A stretch of 42,131 nucleotides of DNA from the IMG/VR virus record IMGVR_UViG_3300002064_000001, positions 1-42,131 of that record; one strand, given 5' to 3'. The position numbers and the translations under genes are program-made. Below, piece after piece: positions 5,854 to 17,104 of this stretch. Position 1 is the first letter of the stretch; every line of letters begins with the position of its first letter. The notes below the pieces were generated by a model, which did not search any database, was not told where the DNA came from, and saw only the letters and a list, made by a program, of their open reading frames with translations. This stretch comes from a virus.

Positions 5854-7377
5854 TTATTCTACTTCCCAAGTATAGGTTGTTGTTAAGTATCGTGTACCTG
5901 TGTTTGTTCCTACTGGTTTAATGTAAATAGAAAGATAAGAATCTTCAGGTACTTCTACATCCATTGTAAATGTTCTACGTCGTCTATCTACCATGTTACC
6001 ACCTAGTGCAACAGGTGAATCAGCCACAAAGAACTCTCTAAATAAATCAACAACAGTATCTTCTGCGTCACTATCCATACCTGTTTCCCATCGTGAGATA
6101 GGATTTGGATGCCTTAGTAATCCGTAAATTTCAAAGTCTGTAATCTGAGTGTTGTTTGCTCTACATACAAAGTGTAATTTTTTAACACGTCTACCTTTAG
6201 GAATAAGAAGTCCCATGTGTTCCCATTCAATAACAGGGTCTACAGCAGTAGTACCTGACTCATTAAATTGGTAATAACCTGGTCCATAGTTATCATCTGA
6301 ATCAGTAACCCAACGCTTATCAGAGTATAAGTAGAAACGTCCTGAGTTAGTAATAAGACTTGTTGTTACGCCACCATCATTACCAGCAGGTCCTTGCTCA
6401 CCTTGTTGTCCAGGTAATCCTGCTGACCCAGGTTCTCCTTGAGGTCCTTGAATACCTTGTAGCCCATCAGCACCGGCAGGTCCAGGTAAACCATCAGCTC
6501 CATCAGCTCCAGGTAAACCTTGAGCACCATCATTACCAGCAGGTCCCTGCTCTCCTTGAATACCCTGTTCTCCTTGAATACCCTGTTCTCCTTGAATCCC
6601 CTGTGCACCATCTTGCCCATCATTACCAGCAGGTCCTTGTATTCCCTGAATACCTTGGTCTCCAGTATCCCCCTTATCTCCCTTAGGTCCTGTTTCTCCT
6701 TGAATACCTTGTGCACCATCTGCTCCGTCTGCTCCGTCTTGTCCGTCATTACCAGGAATACCTTGTGGTCCTGTTTCTCCTTGAATACCTTGTGCACCAT
6801 CTGCTCCGTCTGTACCAGCATCTCCTTGAGGTCCTTGTTCACCTTGAATACCTTGAGGTCCTTGGTCTCCAGTATCACCTTTAGGTCCAGGTACGGTAGA
6901 ATCAGCTCCTGGTAAACCTTGTGGTCCAGTGTCTCCAGTATCTCCCTTAGGTCCAGCAGGTCCAGGTACAGTAGAGTCTGCTCCTGGTAAACCTTGATTA
7001 CCTTGGTTTCCTTGTGGTCCTGTTGCTCCTTGAATACCTTGCTCTCCTTGTAATCCAGTATCACCAGGTAAACCTTGTGGTCCTATTGGTCCAGCAGGTC
7101 CCTGAATACCTTGGTCTCCAGTATCACCTTTGTCACCTTTTAGTCCTGTAGGTCCTTGTGGTCCAGCAGGTCCCATTGGTCCAACTCCTCCTGAGCCTTC
7201 ACCATTATTGTTAATAGTTACAGTACCTCCACCTCCTGTTTTTTGCTCATCTTTTAGTTCAATTATCTCCCCTTTAATAACCTCAACATCTCTACTTAAG
7301 CCCTCAACTTTAGTAGCCATACGTTTGTTGTTATTGTTTAGCATTACGCTATTTCTGATTTGTTTCGCATTCTTCAT
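5854..7377 (-). CDS. Collagen-like (Gly-X-Y) tail fibre protein with globular C-terminal domain
   Basis: About 270 residues of uninterrupted G-X-Y triplets, apart from two GADSTVPGP breaks, then a non-repetitive C-terminus. The start is moved to the second ATG (MKNAKQ) because the -10 hexamer overlaps the first ATG. Confidence 0.8.
   Translation of the reverse strand: MKNAKQIRNSVMLNNNNKRMATKVEGLSRDVEVIKGEIIELKDEQKTGGGGTVTINNNGEGSGGVGPMGPAGPQGPTGLKGDKGDTGDQGIQGPAGPIGPQGLPGDTGLQGEQGIQGATGPQGNQGNQGLPGADSTVPGPAGPKGDTGDTGPQGLPGADSTVPGPKGDTGDQGPQGIQGEQGPQGDAGTDGADGAQGIQGETGPQGIPGNDGQDGADGADGAQGIQGETGPKGDKGDTGDQGIQGIQGPAGNDGQDGAQGIQGEQGIQGEQGIQGEQGPAGNDGAQGLPGADGADGLPGPAGADGLQGIQGPQGEPGSAGLPGQQGEQGPAGNDGGVTTSLITNSGRFYLYSDKRWVTDSDDNYGPGYYQFNESGTTAVDPVIEWEHMGLLIPKGRRVKKLHFVCRANNTQITDFEIYGLLRHPNPISRWETGMDSDAEDTVVDLFREFFVADSPVALGGNMVDRRRRTFTMDVEVPEDSYLSIYIKPVGTNTGTRYLTTTYTWEVE
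6373..7188 (-). repeat. Collagen triplet-repeat coding region with internal DNA tandem repeats
   Basis: The 18-bp unit ctccttgaataccctgtt is repeated three times around 6550-6600. Longer ~45-bp duplicated segments lie around 6688-6815. Confidence 0.7.
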
Positions 7378-7384
7378 ATAGAAC

Positions 7385-7393
7385 ATTATAACA
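7385..7393 (-). promoter_or_regulatory. Extended -10 promoter TGtTATAAT, 7 nt upstream of ATG 7377
   Basis: Minus strand tatgTGTTATAAT-gttctat-ATG. Confidence 0.55.
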
Positions 7394-7404
7394 CATATAG
7401 GGCA

Positions 7405-7427
7405 ATAAAAAAAGCCTACTTGAGACT
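7405..7427 (-). terminator. Putative terminator overlapping the stop codon of the 1263-aa gene
   Basis: Minus RNA AGUCU-CAAGU-AGGCU (5 bp) followed by U7. Confidence 0.4.
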
Positions 7428-10400
7428 TCTTTCATAGCTTTTAACAGCCTTATCTAGTAGTTTAGGGTCTGCTTTCTTTAGTGATTCTTTATCTGAATCA
7501 TCTCCTGAACCAGACATAACCTTCTCAACAATAAGTTTAAGACGACTAGTTTCTCTGGTTTCAAATTCTTTAACATAGCTTTCAATTTCATCTGGTGTAG
7601 ATTCTTTAAGGAAACGTTTAGCTTCATCAGTACCTCTACCTTTTAAGATTGCATCAATATGTCTTGAGCCTTGTGACTCACCTTGATTTTCAAAATCATT
7701 AACTAAATCTTTAATACCTTTCTCACCAAGTTCCTTCATACGTTCCTTGTAAACATCTTTCATCCCATCAGGTACCTGACCTGTCATAATGTTTTGAACC
7801 ATATTGATATCGTCTTGGTCTCTGGTCTTAGTAGATTCAACTCTGTTTGCATCACGTAAATCTTCACGTTCTTTTTCCTGCAAATATTTATTATGAATAT
7901 CTTCATTTCTAAATTGTGGTCTACCAGGATTAAGTAGTTCATTAACTCCTTCTAATGCAGTCTTGTTTTCCTTACCATAGAACAGAGGAACACCGTCACG
8001 GTCTGTCTTCTGTGTTAGGTTTTTAGATAAACCAGGAATATCTTTCTGTAAATATTCAAGTGCTTCCATAAAAGTCTGAGGAGTAATCTTCTTTTCATTG
8101 TCAACAAATGCTCTGTTTATTGCACCCATTGCAGAAGAGTATGGGATAAACTGTCTTGCTGTTTGAGCCATTTGAGTAGCAGGGTTTTTATCACCACGAA
8201 TAACAGCAGGTAAGTCTAGGGCTGAACCCATAAACTTTTGGTCTAACGATTTAGTTAGCTCACCTCCCTGAAGAGTAAGGATAACACCAATGAATTCCAT
8301 TGCTGTATTAACTAACTCTTTATCTTTAATGTCAAACTTACCGTCTTCAACAGCCTTAGCAATATTAGCACCGAAGAAGATAGGACCAGATGATGGACCA
8401 AGTGCTTCAAGTTGATGCCAGTTTTCTCCTATCTGTACTGACTCATATGCATTACCTTCATTGTCAGCATACTTAGTTGACGTAGCGTTCTTGTTTCCAC
8501 GGTCTAGTTTAAACTTCTCTTTATTGTGTGAGTATAATTGGAAACCTGCATAAGTAAGACCTGCTCCAAATACTTGGTCAGCCATAACTCCGGCTACATC
8601 TTTTGAACCTAATGCTTCCAACATACCAACACCAGGAATTCTACGTAGGTGTTTTGTTGATAGACGAGCAATAGTGTTAACAAACGGTACCATCCATTTA
8701 ACAGGATGGATATCAAGTTTGTTTTTAGTTCCCTTAAGGATAACATCGTTCATGCTTTTATCAAGAACCTTAACACCATCAGCTAAACTTGAAGTCAAGT
8801 GTGATAGCATTCCGTAAGATTTAGTGTTCTTTTGCATTCTGAAGATAGCATCTTGTGCGGTCTCATCAGCAATCTTACGAGCTTTGTTTAGTTGAGTGGT
8901 GGTAAGTCTACCTGCATTAGCGAACTCTTTACGTTTTAGAACCTTAGCAAGTTCACCTTCGAATACAGCAGTATACATTACAGCATCACCAGCTTCTAAT
9001 GCACGTAGTGGAATACGGAAATCCTTAGCAATATCTCTTCCTCCAACTTTCCATTCAGCAGGAAGTCTATCAATATCAGTATGTTTTAGTTCATCAACCT
9101 CATTGAATACATTAATAGCTTTCTTAATTGACTTATTAAATGTATCAGGTTTAAATAATGACTTGTAGTATGTACCAATCTCACCAACCTCACGACCTGT
9201 TCTCATTGATTTAGGTAATACTAATTCAATGAATGAAGCAATCTCTTCAACAACAGGACGAGCTACAGTGTTCTCCACCGTGTTTGACATCATGTTAATT
9301 GCGTGGGTTGCAGTGTTAGATAACATGTTAGAGTAACGATACATTTCTAATAATGAACCCCAGTTAGTTGGAGAGTTCTTTGCAAAGATGTCTTCAATAT
9401 CTTTAACATCTAATTCAGATAGTGCCTTACCTTTTTCATCAGCACCTTTCTTAAACATAGATACAATATCTTCTGTTGATTTACCTTGAGTCTTAAGTGA
9501 CTTAACAGCTTGACCTAATCTATCTTGAGCCTTAGTTGTTTTAACCTTAGCTTTAACTTCACCTACAACATTCAATACCTTACCGGCAATGTTCTTGTGT
9601 TCAGTAGCTGTAACAATACCGTTAATAGCTTCATCGAAGTTATCTTCAGCAATACCTTTAGCTACTCTGTTTTGAGCATTAGCAAGACCTTCAGTGAATT
9701 GTTTTGCAAAGTCATCAAGTACACTCTTATCAAGAGTTCTTAAGTTATCCACAAGTCCTTGGTCAATCTTCTTGTAGTAATTAAGAAGGTCAACCATTCC
9801 ACCCTTAGTATCAGTAATCAATGGTGTAACTTCATCAACTAAATCAAGAGCCTTAAGTCTCTGCGATAAAGGTAAATCATCATAAGCACCTTGGTTAAAT
9901 ATCTTCTTAAGTTCTTTTGCTTTAGCACTAGCTTCTTCAGGTAGGTCAACCTTTTTAATTTCATCAATTAAACCACGTAATTCTTTTTCTGCAACATCAG
10001 CTTCAGCTAACACTTCTCCAACTTCATCAAGCTTACTTGATTGGAAACCAATAGCTTCAAGTTCATCAGCAGTGTTAACAAGATTATCTAATGACTTACC
10101 AGTTGTTGCTGGTACATCAACCACGTTATCAACATCATCAAGAACCTTTCGAACTTGTTCTGTTGTAACTTTTTCAATATTAGTTTCAATCTTCTTACCA
10201 TTCTTAAAGAAGTTAACTGTTGATTCTCCTGCATCTTCAAGTTCAATCATCTTCATTAGTGGAACTGAACCACTTTCTTTTGCTTTGAATAAATCATTAG
10301 CAAACCTTAGCATATCATCATCACTACCTTTAGCTAATCCCTTAAGTACAAGAAGGACCTCATCTACATTCTTAGCATTCTTGACAGCAGTCTTCAATGC

Positions 10401-11207
10401 ATTCTTTCCACCAGAAGAACCAGGAATAACATCAATAGCAGAACCAATGAAACCAAGAGCTGGAATCATTTTTGAATCAGGTTTAATATCTAATCCTGGA
10501 ATGATATTAACAAGCTCAGCCCATTCTTCACCAACAGTATTAAGGTTAACATCATCTTGCTCATCAGTTAAACCAAAGAAAGTTTTAAAGTTATCCCCAG
10601 CACGTGGGTTAGTTTCTTCTAGGAACTGAACTGAGTTCTTCATCCATGAGTTTGTATCATCTTCAACTTGAAAACCAAAACCTGTTTTATCATTAACATA
10701 GTTCATTGCTTGCCCTGTTTTACCAGACAAGAAGTTTGTTAATGCTACCCCACTTCTAAATACAGGGGCGAGTAACATATCATATACTCCACCAGCAGTT
10801 CTTTCTTCAACTGATTTTAATCCCTTACCAAACAATGACATGTCTGATTTGTCAAAGACTCCTTCTTCAAATAGTTTCTCTTCACCCTCTTTCCTTTCTT
10901 TTTCCTTAGCTCTATGCTCTCCAATCTTACCTATGTTAAGTAAACTAAACCTACCCTCATCAGCTTCCTTTTGTTGGTAGTTATCAAACCAGTCGAACAA
11001 TGAATTACTTGATTCAGTAAAGTCTCTTTGGTCTTGTTTATATAATGCGTTGTCTACACGAGGTGTGTATTCTGTAGAAGGTTCTTCATTTTCTACAATA
11101 TCTTTTGAATAATTAAATGCTTCTTGAAGATTATCTGTTGTATCACTAACAGCGTCTTTAACAACATCAAAACCTTCACTTATATTTTTTCTAAACTTAT
11201 TAAACAT
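7416..11207 (-). CDS. Large internal virion / DNA-ejection (core) protein, gp16-like by size and position
   Basis: 1263 aa. It lies between an internal-protein-like gene and the fibre gene in a T7-like order. The start is moved to MFNKFRKN because the longer GTG-started extension contains the promoter. Confidence 0.4.
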   Translation of the reverse strand: MFNKFRKNISEGFDVVKDAVSDTTDNLQEAFNYSKDIVENEEPSTEYTPRVDNALYKQDQRDFTESSNSLFDWFDNYQQKEADEGRFSLLNIGKIGEHRAKEKERKEGEEKLFEEGVFDKSDMSLFGKGLKSVEERTAGGVYDMLLAPVFRSGVALTNFLSGKTGQAMNYVNDKTGFGFQVEDDTNSWMKNSVQFLEETNPRAGDNFKTFFGLTDEQDDVNLNTVGEEWAELVNIIPGLDIKPDSKMIPALGFIGSAIDVIPGSSGGKNALKTAVKNAKNVDEVLLVLKGLAKGSDDDMLRFANDLFKAKESGSVPLMKMIELEDAGESTVNFFKNGKKIETNIEKVTTEQVRKVLDDVDNVVDVPATTGKSLDNLVNTADELEAIGFQSSKLDEVGEVLAEADVAEKELRGLIDEIKKVDLPEEASAKAKELKKIFNQGAYDDLPLSQRLKALDLVDEVTPLITDTKGGMVDLLNYYKKIDQGLVDNLRTLDKSVLDDFAKQFTEGLANAQNRVAKGIAEDNFDEAINGIVTATEHKNIAGKVLNVVGEVKAKVKTTKAQDRLGQAVKSLKTQGKSTEDIVSMFKKGADEKGKALSELDVKDIEDIFAKNSPTNWGSLLEMYRYSNMLSNTATHAINMMSNTVENTVARPVVEEIASFIELVLPKSMRTGREVGEIGTYYKSLFKPDTFNKSIKKAINVFNEVDELKHTDIDRLPAEWKVGGRDIAKDFRIPLRALEAGDAVMYTAVFEGELAKVLKRKEFANAGRLTTTQLNKARKIADETAQDAIFRMQKNTKSYGMLSHLTSSLADGVKVLDKSMNDVILKGTKNKLDIHPVKWMVPFVNTIARLSTKHLRRIPGVGMLEALGSKDVAGVMADQVFGAGLTYAGFQLYSHNKEKFKLDRGNKNATSTKYADNEGNAYESVQIGENWHQLEALGPSSGPIFFGANIAKAVEDGKFDIKDKELVNTAMEFIGVILTLQGGELTKSLDQKFMGSALDLPAVIRGDKNPATQMAQTARQFIPYSSAMGAINRAFVDNEKKITPQTFMEALEYLQKDIPGLSKNLTQKTDRDGVPLFYGKENKTALEGVNELLNPGRPQFRNEDIHNKYLQEKEREDLRDANRVESTKTRDQDDINMVQNIMTGQVPDGMKDVYKERMKELGEKGIKDLVNDFENQGESQGSRHIDAILKGRGTDEAKRFLKESTPDEIESYVKEFETRETSRLKLIVEKVMSGSGDDSDKESLKKADPKLLDKAVKSYERSLK

Positions 11208-11214
11208 ATAAGGT

Positions 11215-11223
11215 ATTATACCA
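11215..11223 (-). promoter_or_regulatory. Extended -10 promoter TGgTATAAT, 7 nt upstream of ATG 11207
   Basis: Minus strand attaTGGTATAAT-accttat-ATG. Confidence 0.6.
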
Positions 11224-11231
11224 TAATACCA

Positions 11232-11254
11232 AAGAAAAAACACCCTTATGGTGT
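11232..11254 (-). terminator. Rho-independent terminator directly upstream of promoter 11215
   Basis: Minus RNA ACACC-AUAAG-GGUGU followed by UUUUUCUUU. Confidence 0.5.
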
Positions 11255-11255
11255 T

Positions 11256-12239
11256 TTAACTATTAAGAAATGCAGTCAGTGCTTGGGCAGTTGAGCTACC
11301 TGAATTACTTGAGCTAGATGCTCTAGGTGCATACTTACCAGCAAGCTTGTTGCTTTCTTGTTCCCGGAGGAAGTCTCGATATGAACCACGGTATCCTTGA
11401 GAGATAGCTAGGTTGTAATCGTTTTCTACTGAACCACGAGATTGGTTTTGAATAGTAGCTTGAAGCTTTTGATAGTCAAGAAGATTCTTTTGAATATTCT
11501 GAGTAACATCCTCACGCTGTCTATCTTGTTCTTGCAACAAGCCATACTTTTCAGCAACAGCTCGTAGACGTTCTTCCTTGATAGACTCTTCTAATTCAAC
11601 AATACCTTTCTGTGTTTCCAAGTCAATCTCATTGATTTGGTCAACACCATATTGCATAGCATTAATCATTGCGTCATCTGCAATCTCTTGTGCATAACGA
11701 GAACGACCAGAACGTAGTTCATTTTGTAATGTACCACCTTCATAGTTATCATTAACTCGTGATTGTCTAAGCTCTAGGTTACGCCCAGTTGCTCTAAGGT
11801 TTTCAAGATTCTTCTTTTCAGTTGATGAGTATTTAAACTTACCAGCTTGAATCTGTTGAACCTCACGAAGATATCGTTCCATTGGTGATGGTCCATCATC
11901 TTCATCATCGTCATCATCTCGTCTTTTCTTTTTAGTTTCAAGTTGATTGATATTAGCAAGAGGGTCGAAAGAGTTTGACTTAGAAGAAGACTGTCTTTGT
12001 TTGTAGGCATTCAAATCAGACACAGCATTGTTATAACCAGTACGTGCCTTCTTAGAAGTGTACGTAGGTTTAGCTGGTTGAAGTGGTCCTTGCCACTCAC
12101 CTGAAGTAGCCTTTGGTTTAGATTTTGATTTTTTAAATCTATTATATAAATCATAAGCTCCACCAGCAACCATACCGGCAGGTCCGAGTGCTGTACCTAT
12201 AAGCTTACCTTTATTGTTTTTGAAAAAGTTATTGAACAT
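11256..12239 (-). CDS. Internal virion protein candidate (Gly-rich hydrophobic N-terminus, poly-Asp/Glu tract, coiled coil)
   Basis: 327 aa with RRDDDDDEDDG. The call rests on position between the fibre and the large core protein. Confidence 0.3.
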   Translation of the reverse strand: MFNNFFKNNKGKLIGTALGPAGMVAGGAYDLYNRFKKSKSKPKATSGEWQGPLQPAKPTYTSKKARTGYNNAVSDLNAYKQRQSSSKSNSFDPLANINQLETKKKRRDDDDDEDDGPSPMERYLREVQQIQAGKFKYSSTEKKNLENLRATGRNLELRQSRVNDNYEGGTLQNELRSGRSRYAQEIADDAMINAMQYGVDQINEIDLETQKGIVELEESIKEERLRAVAEKYGLLQEQDRQREDVTQNIQKNLLDYQKLQATIQNQSRGSVENDYNLAISQGYRGSYRDFLREQESNKLAGKYAPRASSSSNSGSSTAQALTAFLNS

Positions 12240-12247
12240 AATACTGT

Positions 12248-14959
12248 TTAATTAGCGAAGCGACCTGTAAGTCTACTCCTGTCGTTTGAACTATTGGCTG
12301 ATATAACCTCACCTTTCGACACAGGAAAACCTACGTTAAGAGTAACGTCTTCTGGTGTGGTGTAGAATGTTACCCCGTCTATCTGCATTGTTCCTGTTGT
12401 TGAAATATTTAAAATATAACCAGAAATAAATCCATCTCCAGGACAGGTGAATGATTTTACTCCGTTGGCACCAAACACTGTTGTTAGTCCTGTTCCAATA
12501 TAGTTAGGGAGAGATGGTGCCCAGTAAGTAGAAGGTATTGTATTACCTTGATACTTAAGAACACCAGCAGTGTTTGCTAAGTAGATGTACTCAGCTCGTG
12601 GGTCCATACCTACAAACTGTACGTTACCTCCTATCCCAATCTCCTGTTGAGTTGCAGTATCTAAATCAAACGCAGTCGTTAATGTGTAACGGTAATAGTT
12701 TGAGTTGTAACTTACATATGCAGTAAGACCATCGTCAGTAAACTCAATAGTTTCTGGATTAACATTCAATGTTGTTGTTTGCCAATCAGTAGTTATTGTT
12801 GTTAAATCATAGTCTGTTCCAAAATCAATTTGGTAAACATAGTTTTTAGTGTGGTCTAATACATAACCAACAGCACCATCATCTTCAATAATAATATCTC
12901 TACCTGTTGATAACTGGGTAGACATGTTGTAAGCACCTACATAAGAAGCTGTTGAAATATCATTAGCAGTAGACATTGAGTATTTATAAATGTTACGTGT
13001 GTTACCAATCACAAAGATTGACAACCCATCTTTAGCAACATCTAATCCGTAAGAGTTTGCTTCTTGCCCAGCAACAGAGAATGAGTTCCCTGAATAAGTA
13101 GCAGTGTTCATTGCGAACGCTGTCGATAAATTATACTGGAAGATTTTATCTTGTGTTGTACCTAGTGCAAACATTCGTGTTCCATCATCAGAGAATGAAA
13201 TACATTGTGACCCTGTTTCCTGAGAAGCAATAGAGAATGCAATATTAGAATATGAAGCTGTTGTTAAGTCAAGAGCTGTAGACATATTGTATTGATACAC
13301 AGTTTCATTGTTACCAATGATATATAGTTTAGTTCCATCTTTTGAGATGTCCATACCGTATGCATTACCTTCTTGTCCAGAAATAGATAGTGCTATATTG
13401 TCGTACGTTGCAGTCGAGATATCAAATGCAGTTGATAGTGAGTATTGATAAATATTATCTCCACTTGCTCCAACCATATACATCTTAGTTCCATTGTCAG
13501 CCATAGCTATTCCGTACTCAGTAGCATCCTGGTTAGCGGTTGAAAGTCTTTTACCTTCATAGTTAAGTGTTGTAACATCACCGATTGTTCCAAATGTCAA
13601 CTTATTAATTTCATGAGTGGAGTAATCCAGGATTATAATTGTAGTATCATCAGGTGTGATATATAAATCATAAGGACTTGGTGAGTATACAGGAATAGTG
13701 TATTCAGAATCAGCAGTAGTAATACTAGAAATATCGTAAGCTGTTGATAAGTTGTATTGATAAATCTTATCGTTAGTTGTACCAATCATGTATAGACGAG
13801 TACCATCTGAATTAAATGCAATACCTCTCATTCCAGTATCGTCAGTAAGTGTTATAGTCTGGTCATGTACACCAAGAGTGTCTGCCTGGTAAGCAGTTGT
13901 AAGATTGAATCTTCGTAGGATTCTAGAAGAAGTTAGTGTGAACAACATCATTCCGTCATTTGAAAAATCAATAGAACGCATGTCTCCTCCCCCTGCAATA
14001 GCTTCTTGGAATGCATAACCTTTACTTATGTAATTAGTTAATACAGTATCAACATCATAATAATCAGGAAGTTGATTTAGGTTTGAGTCCTGAAGAGACT
14101 TGTATAGCTTACCTTCGTAGTTTACTATATCGTTCTCTGAATAAGACTTAGCAGAATTCCAGTTAACACCAGAAGCCTGAACCTGTGAAGGTTTCGGAAC
14201 AATAGGGTTTCCGTTTAAATCAGTATCTTGACCTGCATTAAACTCAGAATCTGTAGCAACTGATACTAGCCCAGTGTCAGTTTCAGAAGCAAGACCTGCA
14301 CCATTAACAGCAGTGTCTTGTAGTTGCTGTTTTGTAACAGCTTCATCAAGTGCAACAGCAGGTGCAATTTTAACTGGCTTAATAAATGTTTTAATTCCAT
14401 TAATATCTTCATCTCCAGTTTTCCCCACCTTATCCCCAATAAGTGTTTCAGTTTCAGAGATTCGTGCGTCAAGGTATTCCTTGTGAACCATATCTCCTGG
14501 TTGAGTAGGAACATCAAGTGTTCCATCTAAATCAGTATCAGTAACAAAACGTGGTGGCTTAGTGAAGGTAAATTGACCCTCGATAGCTGTATCGTTTTGT
14601 GCGGTAATAAAGTCTTTGTAAAACCCAGCGGTGTTTGTTATCACAAAAGAAACACCACCAGCGTGTTGCTTTGTTAGACCAGGGGTTTCTGTGTATGGAG
14701 ATTCCATTAATACAGAAGATACTCCTGTAAGAGAAACAGTACCATCAGTATTAGTTGTAATACCCGTGAACACAATTTGTTCCTCTCGTGTTTTTCCAGG
14801 CTCGATAGTTGCGTAAGCAACGTCACCGAAGATATCCATTGAGGTGATATCAGACCCATCAATTCTCTTGAATGATTTTAGGATAACGGTTGTATCCCCT
14901 ACTCTAGCTCCTGAACCGGCTAAAGATTGTTCTTGTAATTGTACGAATTTTCTAGTCAT
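12248..14959 (-). CDS. Tail fibre / receptor-binding protein with CBM5/12-like motif and about 9 beta-propeller-like repeats
   Basis: 903 aa. WNSAKSYSENDIVNYEGKLYKSLQD resembles a carbohydrate-binding module 5/12. About nine 45-50-aa repeats each end in (I/V)YQY(N/S)(L/M)STA(F/Y)D. Confidence 0.6.
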   Translation of the reverse strand: MTRKFVQLQEQSLAGSGARVGDTTVILKSFKRIDGSDITSMDIFGDVAYATIEPGKTREEQIVFTGITTNTDGTVSLTGVSSVLMESPYTETPGLTKQHAGGVSFVITNTAGFYKDFITAQNDTAIEGQFTFTKPPRFVTDTDLDGTLDVPTQPGDMVHKEYLDARISETETLIGDKVGKTGDEDINGIKTFIKPVKIAPAVALDEAVTKQQLQDTAVNGAGLASETDTGLVSVATDSEFNAGQDTDLNGNPIVPKPSQVQASGVNWNSAKSYSENDIVNYEGKLYKSLQDSNLNQLPDYYDVDTVLTNYISKGYAFQEAIAGGGDMRSIDFSNDGMMLFTLTSSRILRRFNLTTAYQADTLGVHDQTITLTDDTGMRGIAFNSDGTRLYMIGTTNDKIYQYNLSTAYDISSITTADSEYTIPVYSPSPYDLYITPDDTTIIILDYSTHEINKLTFGTIGDVTTLNYEGKRLSTANQDATEYGIAMADNGTKMYMVGASGDNIYQYSLSTAFDISTATYDNIALSISGQEGNAYGMDISKDGTKLYIIGNNETVYQYNMSTALDLTTASYSNIAFSIASQETGSQCISFSDDGTRMFALGTTQDKIFQYNLSTAFAMNTATYSGNSFSVAGQEANSYGLDVAKDGLSIFVIGNTRNIYKYSMSTANDISTASYVGAYNMSTQLSTGRDIIIEDDGAVGYVLDHTKNYVYQIDFGTDYDLTTITTDWQTTTLNVNPETIEFTDDGLTAYVSYNSNYYRYTLTTAFDLDTATQQEIGIGGNVQFVGMDPRAEYIYLANTAGVLKYQGNTIPSTYWAPSLPNYIGTGLTTVFGANGVKSFTCPGDGFISGYILNISTTGTMQIDGVTFYTTPEDVTLNVGFPVSKGEVISANSSNDRSRLTGRFAN
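12650..13972 (-). repeat. About 9 tandem 45-50-aa coding repeats (blade-like) inside the 903-aa fibre
   Basis: Recurrent FS.DG..(L/M)(Y/F)..G.....(I/V)(Y/F)QY.LSTA.D..T..Y pattern across residues ~330-770. Confidence 0.65.
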
Positions 14960-14966
14960 ATGTTGT

Positions 14967-14975
14967 ATTATACCA
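14967..14975 (-). promoter_or_regulatory. Extended -10 promoter TGgTATAAT, 7 nt upstream of ATG 14959
   Basis: Minus strand gataTGGTATAAT-acaacat-ATG. Confidence 0.6.
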
Positions 14976-14997
14976 TATCTTTTAAAGTTATGAAAGA

Positions 14998-17103
14998 TTA
15001 AAACTTGTTAATAGTAGATTGTTTTTCACTTACATCAGTAGCCGGAGCAAATGCAATAAGTTCCCAATCAGCACCTTCTTGGTTTGTTTGAACCTCGAAT
15101 GAGTATTCATAGTGGTCTTCCGGGTTAATCCCCTTAAACCCGATAAATTTATTTAGTTTATCTTCCCTAATATCTGTAGTACCAAGACCTCTTTTACCAA
15201 GGGTTGATTTACCAAGAGATGAATCTTGGATATTTCTCTTCTTCATTATACGTGAGTTATCCCCACGAATCTCAAAGTTTCTTTCTCCAGACGAACCATC
15301 AATATCTAATAAAATATTAGCCTTAAGATTTGTTTTCTCTTCAATGTAACCTTCAACAAACATCTCATTGAATTTCTTAAGTTGAGTTCTTGAACCTGAA
15401 TTAATATAAGAGAACTTACAAATAGATTCAATAGGTACACCATTATCTGACAGACCTGTAAACAACTTATATGTTTCAGGTGTGTTATAACTATGACCAT
15501 GAAGTTCTCCATTAATTACAGAGAAACATGAGATAGGCATAATCTGTGGTGCTTCCCATAGTTGCCTTTCTAGGTTGTACATAAGAACCATTGATTCTTT
15601 AGGTACTGCAATATAGATGTAATGTTTATGATAAATCATATCCATATCATCGAAGTTTAATCGTGAGAATAAATCTTTAACTCTATCTGAAATGTTTTTA
15701 GTCTGAGGTGTCTCAAGATTTTCAACACGTCCAATGAAGTTAAATGCCTTGTCTTTAGAAATAAACATGGTCTTATTTTTCATTGGTGCAATACCTCTCT
15801 TATTAATTACACCATCTCCTGCGTTAACATCAAGTAATCTAATTACTAATGATTGAGAAGATAGGTCTGAGGAATCAATTATCTGAGTAGTTACCCATGA
15901 ACCAAAACCAAATTGAATATACATAGCCCCTTCACGTGGAGACATTGCATTAAAGTTTCCACCCAAGGTAAACCGTGCACCCTCTCCAACTAAACGTTTA
16001 GGTCTACCAAAGTAGAAAGAATCGCACCGGCTAATCTCTGATACGTATACGAATCTGTTTTCAGATGATGCAATGTATAATTGATTATCAAAAACTTCAA
16101 TCGCAGTATTCTTATTTTCATCTGGTAAATCAAGTACATCAGTATTATTAATAACTTCTATTGATTGAAAGATATTATCATTAGCTGTGTGTCCTCCTAG
16201 TGTTGGGTCAGGTGTAACACCTGTTAAAACATTTGTTCCATGACCTCCTGTATATGAATAAGAAGTTCCACCAATTTCAATCTTAGGTGTTCTAATTACA
16301 ATAGGGTCAGGTAGAATGTAGTCATACTCTGTATCTGTAGTTGTGTATGCAGTAATAAGATATTCTTTTTTACAGAATACATATACTTTATTACCGGCAT
16401 GTGTTGAGTTAGCCTTAGAATCAGGAAGACTTGCGTTCCATTTAGAAGCCATATCTTCTGCTGTTAATACAGTATCACCAAGTTTTGTTGTTGTGATTTG
16501 ATGTGTGGTAGTTACCCCTGTTGCAATTTCTTTCAATGTAACAGATAATGTTTTACCTCCAACACCTTCAAGGTTTCTAATTTTAAATTGCATTTCAGTT
16601 CTCCCAAATTTTTCAAACCCTGTTTCAGCCCATGTCTCTGCTCCAACCTTAGTAATAGTATCAGTGGTTGCTGAGTCAAACTTAGCAACAGCACCGTTCC
16701 ATTTCATAATAGTATTTTCATTATTAACAAACACTGCATAACCTAGCTTGGCTTCATGGTCCCAGAAGTCTTGCTTTGAAAAATAGAAATCATCTGAACT
16801 AAAACCATCTTTTAATAGTTTATATTCACCATCAAGAAGAACCTCGATACGGTCTCCCCATGTTCGAAGGTTTCTTTCATCTCCTTTAAAGTTAGCGAAA
16901 TCATACGATGCTCTAATAGGTAATAGGTCTACTTTGTTTTCTTGACCTACCAATTCATAACCTCTACGAATACCTACTGTCCTAGAATCTTTAATTAAAA
17001 CATTCTGAGAACCTTTAATAAAGTATCCTGGGTCCATCTTAGTTACATCCACTTTCTCCTGGTAACCTTTAAAGTCTTCAATTATATCGTGTTTAGAAGC
17101 CAT
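14998..17103 (-). CDS. Tail tubular protein B / nozzle-like protein (by size and position)
   Basis: 701 aa, second gene after the capsid gene as in T7-like podoviruses. No motif-level evidence. Confidence 0.4.
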   Translation of the reverse strand: MASKHDIIEDFKGYQEKVDVTKMDPGYFIKGSQNVLIKDSRTVGIRRGYELVGQENKVDLLPIRASYDFANFKGDERNLRTWGDRIEVLLDGEYKLLKDGFSSDDFYFSKQDFWDHEAKLGYAVFVNNENTIMKWNGAVAKFDSATTDTITKVGAETWAETGFEKFGRTEMQFKIRNLEGVGGKTLSVTLKEIATGVTTTHQITTTKLGDTVLTAEDMASKWNASLPDSKANSTHAGNKVYVFCKKEYLITAYTTTDTEYDYILPDPIVIRTPKIEIGGTSYSYTGGHGTNVLTGVTPDPTLGGHTANDNIFQSIEVINNTDVLDLPDENKNTAIEVFDNQLYIASSENRFVYVSEISRCDSFYFGRPKRLVGEGARFTLGGNFNAMSPREGAMYIQFGFGSWVTTQIIDSSDLSSQSLVIRLLDVNAGDGVINKRGIAPMKNKTMFISKDKAFNFIGRVENLETPQTKNISDRVKDLFSRLNFDDMDMIYHKHYIYIAVPKESMVLMYNLERQLWEAPQIMPISCFSVINGELHGHSYNTPETYKLFTGLSDNGVPIESICKFSYINSGSRTQLKKFNEMFVEGYIEEKTNLKANILLDIDGSSGERNFEIRGDNSRIMKKRNIQDSSLGKSTLGKRGLGTTDIREDKLNKFIGFKGINPEDHYEYSFEVQTNQEGADWELIAFAPATDVSEKQSTINKF

Positions 17104-17104
17104 A

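Noticed and set aside
6360-7381. Four alternative-frame ORFs (6360-6686, 6366-7064, 6520-6915, 7130-7381) over the collagen-like gene
   Set aside because: They are artefacts of the Gly-X-Y triplet repeat, which keeps all frames open. Only the G-X-Y frame continues into a non-repetitive N- and C-terminus.
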